A stretch of 43,143 nt of DNA from a virus (lineage: Duplodnaviria > Caudoviricetes): the IMG/VR virus record IMGVR_UViG_3300003969_000009, positions 1-43,143 of that record; one strand, 5' to 3'. The notes under the pieces were generated by a model that saw only the letters and a program-made list of their open reading frames with translations, had not been told where the DNA came from and did no database searches. The translations under genes and the position numbers were made by a program. Of this stretch, positions 7,179 through 16,645 are shown piece after piece. The number at the start of each line of letters is the position of its first letter. Position 1 is the first letter of the stretch.

Positions 7179-7572
7179 GCAGTTTGAGGCCTACGCCGTC
7201 AGCAGCTCTATTTGCCACTTTTGCAGCCGAATACATGGGCGTAGCTACTATGTTTTGCAGCGCCGCCGCGGGCGTGTCAGAGTTCTCGCGTGCGTAGGCG
7301 CGATGCTCGAACGGTGCGACGGCATTCTGATCAGCAGTGGTTCGTAGTTTTCTGCGTAATGCTAAAAGGTCGCTCCATGACATCCTCGCAAGGTCTTCCT
7401 CTGGTGGTATTGCTCCAACTCCGTAAGGGCTGTGCTCAGGGACCAATGTCAGTTTCTTTACCTGTCGTAGAACGCCCCCCCGGAACTCGCCATCAGACAA
7501 GGCACCTGCCGTGCGCTTGGCCAGATTTCGGACTGACGTCAAACTGAGATTTTTTCCATTGTTTTCATCCAT
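7096..7572 (-). CDS. Hypothetical protein
   Basis: MDENNGKNLS... with an APFEHRAYARE motif; 83-nt convergent overlap with the membrane gene. Confidence 0.6.
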   Translation of the reverse strand: MDENNGKNLSLTSVRNLAKRTAGALSDGEFRGGVLRQVKKLTLVPEHSPYGVGAIPPEEDLARMSWSDLLALRRKLRTTADQNAVAPFEHRAYARENSDTPAAALQNIVATPMYSAAKVANRAADGVGLKLPIGGSRSDPSLREIGQGIVGAWEGLTK

Positions 7573-7590
7573 GCTCACCATCCAATCTGT

Positions 7591-8439
7591 ATGAGTACCA
7601 ATACGCACCACGCCGATAATGTTGTCGTATCCATCGTGAATGGATGGCGCGGTGCGACTGCTGTATCTGTTGTTTCCTCAGTCAATGAACTACCAGTTGT
7701 CGCACCGGGCGACACACGTGGGTTATACAAAGGCGGCGAGACTTGGATCGTTGCCAACACCCAGCCGACGTGGCAAGTGGCCCAAACGCTGGCCCACGAA
7801 ATGCTGGGCCATCACAGCATGCGCAAGACGTTGGGTGCCGGTTGGCGGCCGTTTATGCATGCCATCCAAGCTGGTTTGCGGAGCGGTGATCCGCAACTGC
7901 AAGTTGCCCGAGGCATGGTGCGGTCTGCCTACGTTGACGATTCTGGCGCCTTCAATTTGTCGGCCGTAAGCGAGTCGGATGAAATAGCCGCTCTCGTTGC
8001 CGAACTTGGCTTTGATACTGCAAAAGGCCGTTTGGCTATCCATAGACCTATTCAGAAAGTAGCCGCTGCCACCGCCGGCCAATTTGCCCGCGAAGCCCTT
8101 TTTATGGATAAGCCAGCGACGTTTCAAGATCTGGAGGGGGCGCTTCTCACAGCAGAACACACGCTGCGACATGGCGGCCCCCTATGGGGCCTTGGCTATA
8201 GATGGCGCCGCTGGTATGCTTCGGCGATGTCAAAGCCTTGGGACCCCAATCAACCACCTATGAGCATGCGCGAGTCTCAGAACTTACTGCAGGCAGAAAA
8301 GGACCGTGCAACTTGGTGGTCTGAAATGCAGTTCGGCTGGGACAGCCTCGTACTTCTTGGCAGCGTGATTCTCGGAGTTGGTCTTGTGGGCGTCCTGGTG
8401 CTCCAATTGCTTGGCGTATTTAGCAAGTTATTCCAGTAA
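7591..8439 (+). CDS. Zincin-like metallopeptidase with C-terminal TM helix
   Basis: LAHEMLGHH (HExxxH) plus downstream SDEIAA Glu; hydrophobic C-terminus; paralog of 12018..12761. Confidence 0.7.
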   Translation: MSTNTHHADNVVVSIVNGWRGATAVSVVSSVNELPVVAPGDTRGLYKGGETWIVANTQPTWQVAQTLAHEMLGHHSMRKTLGAGWRPFMHAIQAGLRSGDPQLQVARGMVRSAYVDDSGAFNLSAVSESDEIAALVAELGFDTAKGRLAIHRPIQKVAAATAGQFAREALFMDKPATFQDLEGALLTAEHTLRHGGPLWGLGYRWRRWYASAMSKPWDPNQPPMSMRESQNLLQAEKDRATWWSEMQFGWDSLVLLGSVILGVGLVGVLVLQLLGVFSKLFQ

Positions 8440-8440
8440 C

Positions 8441-11400
8441 TTACGTCGCTTCGGAATAAATCGCTTCCGCAGCCGCATGCATGGCCCCGTCCCGGCCCTG
8501 CTCCAGCATTGCGCTAACCTCGCCTGCACCTGCGAACGGTTGCATCACCCCCCGCTTGATCAGCCCCTCGGTGAATCGCTGTGCAAAGCTCGGCGCTGCT
8601 TCAAGCGGTAGTGCTTGCAATTGAGCCTGCAAAGCAGCCACGGCCTTCTCTGGCATGCCAATCTCTGGCGCCCGCATAGCCACCGCGGCCAACAGACCCG
8701 CGCGGCCAGCGGCTTCCGCTGGCTTGACCCCGGCACTGCGAAGTTGCTCATAGGCTTTGGTGAACTCAGGCAGCGTGTGGTGCGCAAGGTCTGGCGCCAC
8801 GTCGCGCATCCTGGCCAACTCGCTGGGCACTGCAGCTTTTCGCTGGCCGCGTTCATGGTCTTGCTGCATCAGATCGGCTACACCGTCCTCCCCAGCTTCA
8901 CGGAGCCGGTCGATCCTGGCCATCGCCTGTTGCTGGGGGTCAACGGCCGGCTGTTCCTGCTCGGCGCGCGCGGCTTCAAGGTCGCCCAGCGGCTCCTTTT
9001 TGCTGCCGCTCTGTGCCCAGGCCTTGAATACAGGCAGGGGAAGCCGTGTGATGGAGCCCATGCCCTTCCAGCCTGGTGCGTAGTTCGCGGCGTAAATCTC
9101 CTTTGCCTCGTTCTCGTCCACAGCGCCCAGAATGGTCTTGTGCTCGTCCAGCTTGCCGGTTCTTGGGTCCACCTGGTCGATGACGAACACCGGCCCGGTG
9201 TAGTCCTTGGGTGTGCCAGGCTTGATGAACACATCCAGCTTGTCGCCATCAGTCGCAGAAGTGCGCCGCAGGTAACCATAGTGATGCCGCATTTCCGTTT
9301 CCCACGGCTTACCGTCTGGATCGACGCCGCGGCGTACCGAGCCCTGGGGGTTCTCGATGGACACGTCCATACCAGCGATGCGGTCGTGCCCCAAGGCATA
9401 GTTGCCGGCGCGCTGCTGCGCTGGGGTCGGCTCCGGCCGGTCATTCATCGGACTCGTGGCCGCGGCGTGCGCCGTCTGATCAATGCTGGCGATTGGCTGG
9501 GTATCTGCGGCCTGCAGTGGAGTTTGTGCACCAGCGTCTGCGAACTGCCCGCCCTCCCCTGTCAACCCAGCGGGCTGTAAGTCGGCAGGATTTCCGGCTC
9601 CGGGTACACCTTGGGTGGGGGCTGCATTGCTTGCCATTGCCGTTGCCGTTTCAACTGGCGTGGTCTGGGTTTCAGTTCCTGCACCTGTTGCTTGCGTTGG
9701 GTCTTGGACATTTGCTATTGTTTCAGTAGCTGCTTGCGCACTATCCACGGGGGCTAGGCTCTGATTTTGCTCGGTTTCCAGTGCCTGCATGGATACAGGC
9801 TGCGACTCAATCGCCGTTTCTTCTTCCGCTGGATTTCCTTGTTCTGCAGCTCCCAAGGCGTCAAGCACTTCCTGCGCGCGCAATGCCTGTGTTCTACCGA
9901 TGAGTAGGCCTTCTCGGCTGGTTGCAATGCTTTTGGCTGGAATGCCGGCTTGCTGCAAAAGCGAGCGCAAGGCAACGGGGTCGCCAGCGATTGCCATGGT
10001 CCCATCCGGCCGCGCCTTACTGGTGAAAGCCGGCTGTGGTGGGGCTTCCTGCGGCACCGCAGGTACCGTCGATTGCGGATCTGGTGCAGGGTCGGTCGGA
10101 ACATCACCGCCCATAGCCTCTTCGGTGGGCTGGGCCCCGGCCATCGTAGACGCACCCAGCAGCGGAACAGCTCGTGAAACGCCTTTTGTCAGGGCGCTCA
10201 TACCGGCAGGCTGTGCACCGGCTCTTACAGCGGGTTTCAAAATGGCGTTTCGCGCGGTCTGCGAGTTCAAGGCCTTGTTTGCAACGCGGCCTACTCCCAT
10301 AACACCGCCAGCAGCAATTGCGGCAGCTCCGGCAACCGGTACGCCCATTGCGCCCAACACTGCCGCCGTGCTCGCTCCACCAGCGCCAAATACACGCTGC
10401 GCATTACCGTGCGCAGCCTCTCTGGGTTTGACGAACTGCGCGGCGATATCCGCCAGCTCTTGCAAGTCGGGGTTATTGATGTGCTTCAGATTCGCAAGCC
10501 GAGCAACCGATATCTCGCCGTCTACCCCGTTGCGCGCTAGGTTTTGCAGCGCCAGCATGTTTCCGTACTGCTGACGCAGTGTCTTGAATGACTGCGCTTG
10601 CTCCGCACCCAAGCTGTCATTCAGGGCATCCATCAAGTTTTTTTTCAGGTCACTGGCATAGAAGGCTTCCGGCGTGTTTCGCTGCCCAATGCGGTCAAGC
10701 GTCTTCTTGATGTTGTAAGCGGCTTGCCCATCAATCTCGCCCCCTGCCCCTTTGGTCAGAATACTGGCGATCTGCTTGTGAATAATCGATGCGCCATCAG
10801 GCCCCAACTCATTGGTAGCTTGGTTCTCAGCCTCTGCCAGCGCCTCCTTAAATTTCGGCGTGATCTTCAAGGTATTGGCCTGCAGAACGGTGTCAAACTT
10901 CCCGCCCAAGTCGTCGGCAGCTTTGCGAAGTGCCCCTGTAACGTTGGGCGAATCCTGCCCGACCGTGCGCGAAAGCGCTCGATTAAGCTGGGTGTTCATC
11001 AGGTCAATCGTTCCCGCCCTACCACTTAGCGGCACATACTCCAGGCTCCCAGCCGTAGCATTTAGCGCCTTGCTGTCTACCAGCCGGTCAGCCGGTATCT
11101 TGATGCCCAGTTCTTGCGCCCGCGTGGCAAGCTGGCGCACCTCGGGAGAAACCTCACCCACTACTGAGCCTATGGCTTTCCTAGCCGCATGAAGTGTTTT
11201 TGCAGTACCGCGAACTGCCGCCGGCACAGCCCCCCCGATAGCAGCTCCGATACCAGCATCCTCCGGATTAACCATTGCTGCAGACACGCCGCCAGTTGCA
11301 GCCCCGGTAGCAACACGAGTGGCAGCGCCAAGGCCTGTACCGGCAAGTTCTCCAACCCTAAACCCCCCAGTTTCTAATCCCGCCGCTACCGCTTTGGTAA

Positions 11401-11860
11401 TAGGCTCCAGCCCAGACATCGCCTTGGTCGCGCCTGCCGCCCGCACGCCATTGGCCATCACGCCACCAGCGCCAGCAGTGCCAGCGATTTCGCCCGCCAG
11501 CTTCCCACCCTGGTACATCCACGATTCCGGCTCTGCGCCCATGGTCTGCAACGCGCTGTCCATGTCGGCACGCCGTTGGCGATTGGATTCCAGGCTCACA
11601 CCCTTTCCGTCCAGCGCGTCTTTCGCCATATCAATGGGCGCCATCAGTGTTGCACCTATCGATCCTGCGCCACGTACCGCACCGGCAAGCAAGTTACCAG
11701 CACCCTGGGCAAGAATGTCAGTTTTGGAGCGCGCGGGCTCTTCTGGTGTCGCCGCCTGGGCCTGGTATTTGGTCCAGGGTCCTTCGGCCTCAGCTGGCTG
11801 GGGTGTGGCCTTCTGGTACTTCGTCCATGGGCCTTCTGTTGCATCGGTAGGTGGCATCAT
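8441..11860 (-). CDS. Large internal virion/DNA-ejection protein with InPase (inorganic pyrophosphatase-like) domain
   Basis: Ala/Gly-rich; duplicated EGPWTKYQ at the N-terminus; GNYALGH..SIENPQGSVRRG..HHYGYL..DGDKLDVFI..DEHK motif of the polyvalent-protein InPase domain. Confidence 0.8.
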   Translation of the reverse strand: MMPPTDATEGPWTKYQKATPQPAEAEGPWTKYQAQAATPEEPARSKTDILAQGAGNLLAGAVRGAGSIGATLMAPIDMAKDALDGKGVSLESNRQRRADMDSALQTMGAEPESWMYQGGKLAGEIAGTAGAGGVMANGVRAAGATKAMSGLEPITKAVAAGLETGGFRVGELAGTGLGAATRVATGAATGGVSAAMVNPEDAGIGAAIGGAVPAAVRGTAKTLHAARKAIGSVVGEVSPEVRQLATRAQELGIKIPADRLVDSKALNATAGSLEYVPLSGRAGTIDLMNTQLNRALSRTVGQDSPNVTGALRKAADDLGGKFDTVLQANTLKITPKFKEALAEAENQATNELGPDGASIIHKQIASILTKGAGGEIDGQAAYNIKKTLDRIGQRNTPEAFYASDLKKNLMDALNDSLGAEQAQSFKTLRQQYGNMLALQNLARNGVDGEISVARLANLKHINNPDLQELADIAAQFVKPREAAHGNAQRVFGAGGASTAAVLGAMGVPVAGAAAIAAGGVMGVGRVANKALNSQTARNAILKPAVRAGAQPAGMSALTKGVSRAVPLLGASTMAGAQPTEEAMGGDVPTDPAPDPQSTVPAVPQEAPPQPAFTSKARPDGTMAIAGDPVALRSLLQQAGIPAKSIATSREGLLIGRTQALRAQEVLDALGAAEQGNPAEEETAIESQPVSMQALETEQNQSLAPVDSAQAATETIANVQDPTQATGAGTETQTTPVETATAMASNAAPTQGVPGAGNPADLQPAGLTGEGGQFADAGAQTPLQAADTQPIASIDQTAHAAATSPMNDRPEPTPAQQRAGNYALGHDRIAGMDVSIENPQGSVRRGVDPDGKPWETEMRHHYGYLRRTSATDGDKLDVFIKPGTPKDYTGPVFVIDQVDPRTGKLDEHKTILGAVDENEAKEIYAANYAPGWKGMGSITRLPLPVFKAWAQSGSKKEPLGDLEAARAEQEQPAVDPQQQAMARIDRLREAGEDGVADLMQQDHERGQRKAAVPSELARMRDVAPDLAHHTLPEFTKAYEQLRSAGVKPAEAAGRAGLLAAVAMRAPEIGMPEKAVAALQAQLQALPLEAAPSFAQRFTEGLIKRGVMQPFAGAGEVSAMLEQGRDGAMHAAAEAIYSEAT

Positions 11861-12017
11861 TTTTTCTCTACGGTTAAGATTGTCCAATGAGTGATTACCT
11901 GTGGGCAAAAGTTTGGTTGGGCGTTGCGCTTTGCATCTGCGCGGGCATTTACGGTTGGCGCCGGGCGGCAAAAGGCCTGCCTCTAGACGACGAAGACGAA
12001 GGCGGCAAGTAGCCTGC

Positions 12018-12761
12018 CTAGATAAACATCCAGCCGCAGACCGTCAGCCCAACGGCAAACGCTGCAACAAACGCCTGGTGTATCTTTCGCGCGCGGTACT
12101 CGGCCCCCCATAGCGGCGAACCGAACCGCACCGTGTGCTCACTGGCGATCAGCATTCCCTCTGCCTGATCGCATGTCACCTCCACGGCCAGTCCAAGGTG
12201 CTGGCGCACCGCCTGCGCCACCAGCGCCTCTGCTTGCTTTCTGATGGGGTCGTGGATCAATATGCGCCCTGAGCGCCTGTCAAAGGTCTGCTCAGCCAGT
12301 GCAGCCAGTATTTCGTCGCCTTCCTGCGACGGTGACAAATAGCGCTTTCCTTTGCCGTCTACATAGACTGCAACGACCCGGGCTCTCAGTTTGCGAAGAA
12401 ACACATCGCCGCCTTTCATTGCAGCCGTTCTCAGCGCCAGCATGAACCGCCTGCAGCCGTTTTTTCCCAAGGCCATCCGTGATCCGGCGTGCCCAATCGC
12501 CTCATGCGCAAGTACTCTGGCGATGTTCTCTGTTGGCTGGGCACCAACTAAATAGACTTTTTTCCGGTAGTACAGGCCCACAGCGTCTTCTGGTGCTGCA
12601 ACGGGTAGGTCTTCCACATAGGGCACAACCTCTACCGTTGGGCCATACTCCCAACCAGCTGCAATCTGCGCAACTTCCATTGCCGCAAGTTTGTTCTTTA
12701 GGGCAATACGCTTCCCGTTACCAGTAATTCGGTAGTCAAACGGCAGTGCCTCACAAGTCAT
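12018..12761 (-). CDS. Zincin-like metallopeptidase with C-terminal TM helix
   Basis: LAHEAIGH plus GDEILA; clear similarity to 7591..8439. Confidence 0.7.
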   Translation of the reverse strand: MTCEALPFDYRITGNGKRIALKNKLAAMEVAQIAAGWEYGPTVEVVPYVEDLPVAAPEDAVGLYYRKKVYLVGAQPTENIARVLAHEAIGHAGSRMALGKNGCRRFMLALRTAAMKGGDVFLRKLRARVVAVYVDGKGKRYLSPSQEGDEILAALAEQTFDRRSGRILIHDPIRKQAEALVAQAVRQHLGLAVEVTCDQAEGMLIASEHTVRFGSPLWGAEYRARKIHQAFVAAFAVGLTVCGWMFI

Positions 12762-12885
12762 GGCCAGTGTCTTCCGGCTGGTGTTGGGATTCCCCGCTGC
12801 TTACCTTGTGCAGGTCATGCAGCGAAAACAGCCCATCGCGGTGCCGAATGTTTGCATTGCCAAAGCCGAGTGTGGATTGAGACAT
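12751..12885 (-). pseudogene. Truncated KilA-N antirepressor fragment (44 aa)
   Basis: MSQSTLGFGNANIRHRDGLFSLHDLHKVSSGESQHQPEDTGHDL; IRHRDGLFSLHDLHK..G...HQP is the start of a KilA-N domain; AAGGAG SD; overlaps the zincin start. Confidence 0.7.
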
Positions 12886-13111
12886 GGTGCGCTCCTTGTT
12901 GAGACTTACAAAGCCTTGTCGGAAGCGTTCTTACGCGCGTCTGGCAAGGCGGCCGGGAGGTTAAGAACCAGTAACAAGCCTGGCGGACTTCTTTCCCTTT
13001 CGGGTGTTGTATCCGTCGCCCTCCCGGCCATTTCATAGAATCCGGGCGCAAAAAAACCGCTGATCTGTCGGGTGCGGTATTCCGCTTGTTAAAGGAGTTC
13101 TTACGCTCCAT
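12815..13111 (-). CDS. Ash/Icd-like ORF overlapping the C4 RNA
   Basis: TAPDRSAVFLRP..WPGG...RQACYWFLTSRPP resembles Ash-family ORFs that span c4 loci; may not be translated. Confidence 0.35.
   Translation of the reverse strand: MERKNSFNKRNTAPDRSAVFLRPDSMKWPGGRRIQHPKGKEVRQACYWFLTSRPPCQTRVRTLPTRLCKSQQGAHHVSIHTRLWQCKHSAPRWAVFAA
12951..13029 (-). ncRNA. C4-type antisense RNA (P1/P7 c4, P4 CI-like)
   Basis: Closing stem GGCCGGGAGG/CCTCCCGGCC, internal CCCGAAAGGG hairpin; exposed GCTTGTTA and GTTCTTA are complementary to upstream (13084-13103) and downstream (12895-12933) target sites. Confidence 0.8.
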
Positions 13112-13129
13112 CCCTCGCGGGACAAGCGG

Positions 13130-13158
13130 ATATTAACCAGCTCTCATCAAAAGTACAA
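13130..13158 (-). promoter_or_regulatory. sigma70 promoter of the C4 cassette
   Basis: TTGTAC, 17 bp, TAATAT on the minus strand just upstream of the a1/b1 sites. Confidence 0.6.
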
Positions 13159-13163
13159 GCTCC

Positions 13164-14720
13164 CTATTTCTTTACCCAGTTCTTGGGGTCCGATGGATCA
13201 CCACCCTTAAAACGGTAGCCGCTATCAACGACTCCTACTTTTGGTAACGATGGCTCCTTTGCTGCGTTGTTGGCCGGCATCGGTGCCAATGCCTTGGTTG
13301 GTGCCCTCCCGCGATCAGCAATGGCGTTCACGCGGTCTTCACTATGGCCGGCATCAATGAAGTCTTGGCGCGAATTCTCCAGAACTTTGCGTGCCAACTC
13401 AGCGCGAGTTTTTAGGTTTCGTTTGATCACGTCTTTATTCATGCTGGGACCAATATCAGCAGATCGCCACGCATCTTGCTCACCAGTTGTGAGTGACGCA
13501 CCGAACATTTCGTGGCGCTGAACAAGCTCAGCAGTTTTGCGATAGTTCTTCCACCAATCCACGGAATCCTTATCAACGCCCATATTGGCGCTTGCACCCA
13601 ATTGAGCCTCTGCCATCATCCCAAGGACACCTTTCCCAGCAAAGTTATCTTTGAATGAGTCATTCAAAGATGACATGGTGGTTGATCCATCGCGCACTTC
13701 TTGCAATTGCTTCAGTACAGAACCAGGCAGTGGTTTCGAATTGTTGCTACCTTTGTCCGCAGGCCCGCCAGGGATGGCCTCAAGTGTCTTGCCGTCACCC
13801 GCAAAGCGGTAGCCAGAAGGTGCTTTGGTGCCACCGCCATCCCCGCCACCGGTCCGCTGCGCCCGGATCATGTTTGCCGCTGCATTTGTAGTTGCCGCAC
13901 CTAACATGCCAGTTTGGTGTGTCGCATCAGCCTTGGCCTTCTCCGCCTTTGCTCCCTGCTCCATGTCCCACTTATAGAACTCCTTCCTTTGCTCTGGCTT
14001 GAAGGTGCCTTCCAAGTCGATTTGCGCGCGCAACAAGCCATTTCCATCATTGGAATACGTCTGAGGTAGAACAGATGTTGACCCATCCGGCTTACTCACT
14101 TGAACTTGCCAAGACTTGCTATCGGGTGACATCAACACCTTTGTCTTGAGTCCACCGCCATGGCCGTCGTGCGGAAACTCACTTACAAACGATGCAAGTT
14201 CATCTGGCGTTTTAAGCGAGTAGATTTTCTTCTTGAGCGCTGCATCGGCTGCCTCTCGCTCCTCAGCTTCCCGCTTGCGTCTTTGATCTTGATAAGAGTT
14301 CTCCAAAGTGAGTGCCTTCTCTGGTGCGCCGTTGGCGCGGTAGGCGGCTGCGATGCGGCCAGTCTGCGCTTCAGGGGTGTTCTCGGCTGCTGCAGCGGTG
14401 TCGGCCTGCGCGCGGTCCAGGTAGCTGCTTCCCCCCACCTTGAAACCGCCCAGGGTCGGCGCTGTCTGACTGGGGCCCATTTCCCCGGGGGCCATGTCGG
14501 TGCCTGCCACCTCCTGCACGCCAATGGGCTTGCCGGCTGTAGCAACAGCGGCATTCTGGTTGCGAAGTTGTCGTGCGTCATCCAAACGCAGCTGGCGCTC
14601 TTCACGCTGCATTGCCCGATCCTCATCAATACGGGCTTGTTCAGCAATCTGCTTCTTGGTGTTCAGGTATCCGGTGCCAAGCCCTGCTGCCAGGGAAAGT
14701 AGTGGTGATCCTCGTGCCAT
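13164..14720 (-). CDS. Internal virion / DNA-ejection protein
   Basis: MARGSPLLSLAAGLGTGY start with GGAG SD; APSGYRF..IPGGPAD and C-terminal GYRFKGGDPSDPKNW motifs; position in the ejection cluster. Confidence 0.7.
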   Translation of the reverse strand: MARGSPLLSLAAGLGTGYLNTKKQIAEQARIDEDRAMQREERQLRLDDARQLRNQNAAVATAGKPIGVQEVAGTDMAPGEMGPSQTAPTLGGFKVGGSSYLDRAQADTAAAAENTPEAQTGRIAAAYRANGAPEKALTLENSYQDQRRKREAEEREAADAALKKKIYSLKTPDELASFVSEFPHDGHGGGLKTKVLMSPDSKSWQVQVSKPDGSTSVLPQTYSNDGNGLLRAQIDLEGTFKPEQRKEFYKWDMEQGAKAEKAKADATHQTGMLGAATTNAAANMIRAQRTGGGDGGGTKAPSGYRFAGDGKTLEAIPGGPADKGSNNSKPLPGSVLKQLQEVRDGSTTMSSLNDSFKDNFAGKGVLGMMAEAQLGASANMGVDKDSVDWWKNYRKTAELVQRHEMFGASLTTGEQDAWRSADIGPSMNKDVIKRNLKTRAELARKVLENSRQDFIDAGHSEDRVNAIADRGRAPTKALAPMPANNAAKEPSLPKVGVVDSGYRFKGGDPSDPKNWVKK

Positions 14721-14730
14721 GGTGCTCTCC

Positions 14731-15843
14731 TTATTTGGTGTTGCGGCGCGGCTTCGCGTCTTCCAGGCGCAGAAGGCGCTTGTCAATGTCTTTGATGGCG
14801 TTCATGGTGTGGCCGGCAAGGGAGATCATGTCCACCACCTTGCCGCCGGGGGCGGTGTCATCGCCCAGGTTCTTGCGAATGGACTGCGCCATTCCACCGG
14901 TGTGAGTCTTGCCACCGTCATCGCCCGGGCTGCCTTTTTTGTACTTCCAGCTCTCGATGCCCGTCTTGCGAATACCGGCCATGGACAGCGATGGCTTTAC
15001 AGGCTTGCGGTCCTTCTTCATGTTCTTGTCGGAGAAACCCCAGAGAGATTTCGATGCAATGGCGGCGCCCCCCAGCTGACCCAATGTGCTCATGCTGGCA
15101 TCATTGTTCCCGGCGGAGTTCACTGCGTTGTACTGCCCAAGCAGCAGATTGCCAGCGGAGCTGTTGACCCCGGCCGCAGCGGATCCTGTGGCGTTCATGC
15201 CGGCCACCTGTTGGTTGGTGATGTTGCCCGGTACCTGGGCATTGCCCACTGCCGAGTTACCGGCTTGCAGGCCCAGTTGGGTCTGGGTTGCATTGGTGCT
15301 GGCGATACCGCGGCCCAGGGCTGCAGCATCTGCCACCTTGGCAGCGCCCACGGTTTCCACGTTCTTGCGGGCCTGGTTCCCTGCACCTGCCTTCGCCGCG
15401 GCTTCGCGCACACCGAAGTTGGACAGACTGGCGGTGAAGTTCCCGCTGTTGACGTCACCACCACGGCTGGCAACTTCGCGGGCCAACGTCGCGCGGGTTG
15501 CGTCGCCAGCACTGCCGATATCGGCCTGAGCCTGAGCGGCTTCAGCGTCCCGGCGTTCTGCCGTGTCATAGCCCAGGGCATCGGCGGCGATCTTCTGCTC
15601 CAGCGGGCGGAAGGTGTTTTTGGTGTAGGCGTACGTCTCGTCCGCCATGTCGTTTTGCTTTTTTGACGTTTCAGTCTGAACCTTGGCTTGATCCAGCGCC
15701 AATGCGATGGCAGCGTCACGTGCGGGCTTGGACTCTGCGTCCTTCTCGCGGTAGTACTCCAGCATGTCCTTACTGATCTGGACATTGGCCATGGCGGCGT
15801 TGCCGATGTTTGGGTCCGGTGCGGGTGCGGAAGATGAGCACAT
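14731..15843 (-). CDS. Internal virion protein with C-terminal peptidase S74-like chaperone region
   Basis: MCSSSAPAPDP start; Ala/Gly/Gln-rich; FSDKNMKKD..WKYK..GGMAQ..AIKDIDKRL C-terminus. Confidence 0.7.
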   Translation of the reverse strand: MCSSSAPAPDPNIGNAAMANVQISKDMLEYYREKDAESKPARDAAIALALDQAKVQTETSKKQNDMADETYAYTKNTFRPLEQKIAADALGYDTAERRDAEAAQAQADIGSAGDATRATLAREVASRGGDVNSGNFTASLSNFGVREAAAKAGAGNQARKNVETVGAAKVADAAALGRGIASTNATQTQLGLQAGNSAVGNAQVPGNITNQQVAGMNATGSAAAGVNSSAGNLLLGQYNAVNSAGNNDASMSTLGQLGGAAIASKSLWGFSDKNMKKDRKPVKPSLSMAGIRKTGIESWKYKKGSPGDDGGKTHTGGMAQSIRKNLGDDTAPGGKVVDMISLAGHTMNAIKDIDKRLLRLEDAKPRRNTK

Positions 15844-15845
15844 GG

Positions 15846-16448
15846 TTACTCTCCTAGACGTTTGTGGAAGACGTTTGCGATATGGGCGTAGCCCAGGTAT
15901 TGATTCAGGCGGTGGACCTGGTTGACCACCTTGCTGTCGGTGTAGATGTCGAGCACGCCCAGGGCTTGCATGCAGGTTTCCATGTACTGCCAAAAGCGAA
16001 TGGCCGTGAAGCCCTGACGATGCTCCGGCAGCAGGAAGAAGGTGTCTTCCTTGCACTCCAGCTGCTGGTCGTGGCGGCTTCGGTAGAGGTACATCCTGAT
16101 GTTGCCCACCAGCGCGCCGGCGGCGGTGCGTGCCGTGAATTGGACTAGGCGGCCAGCGAGCTCGTCCGCTTTGAAGGCCTCGTAATCCGGCAGCATGGCG
16201 CTACCGTTGCGGTGTTTCTCGGTCTCCAGCCAGTGGGCCTGGTGCAGTGGGTGGATCTCGTCCTCGATGTCGGCTATGCGCTCGACGCCAAAGATCAGAC
16301 CGCGGTAGACCTGTGGCGCGAACTGGCTGATGTCGATGGACCGGTCGTAGTGGTCGAAGGCATGCGCTTCCAGCCATGCACAAATTTCAGGCGTGACTGT
16401 CTCACCGAGCTTGCTGGCAAGCGCGGCGCGGAAGGTTTCGAGGCTCAT
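15846..16448 (-). CDS. GNAT-family acetyltransferase-like virion-module protein
   Basis: TAR.AGALVG..EDTFFLLPEHRQG..LGY motif; typical position before the ejection genes. Confidence 0.7.
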   Translation of the reverse strand: MSLETFRAALASKLGETVTPEICAWLEAHAFDHYDRSIDISQFAPQVYRGLIFGVERIADIEDEIHPLHQAHWLETEKHRNGSAMLPDYEAFKADELAGRLVQFTARTAAGALVGNIRMYLYRSRHDQQLECKEDTFFLLPEHRQGFTAIRFWQYMETCMQALGVLDIYTDSKVVNQVHRLNQYLGYAHIANVFHKRLGE

Positions 16449-16645
16449 CCCTGGATTCGGTCCAGCAGCGCGTTCAGGAGCTCCACCTGCTCTGCCGATG
16501 TCGCACTGCTGTCCAGCGGCTTCAGCTTGGTGGCGTTCTTCTCTTGCCCGGTGATGCTGTCCAGGTTCTGCTTCACCGCCTCCAGGCAGCGGTCCACTTC
16601 AGCCATGCCAGTGGTGACTGTGGGGATGGCTACCTTCTTGCTCAT
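16445..16645 (-). CDS. Small hypothetical tail-module protein
   Basis: Overlapping start/stop codons with both neighbours. Confidence 0.65.
   Translation of the reverse strand: MSKKVAIPTVTTGMAEVDRCLEAVKQNLDSITGQEKNATKLKPLDSSATSAEQVELLNALLDRIQG

Noticed and set aside
7587-7602. Second LexA box (CTGTATGAGTACCAAT)
   Set aside because: The right half-site does not end in CAG.
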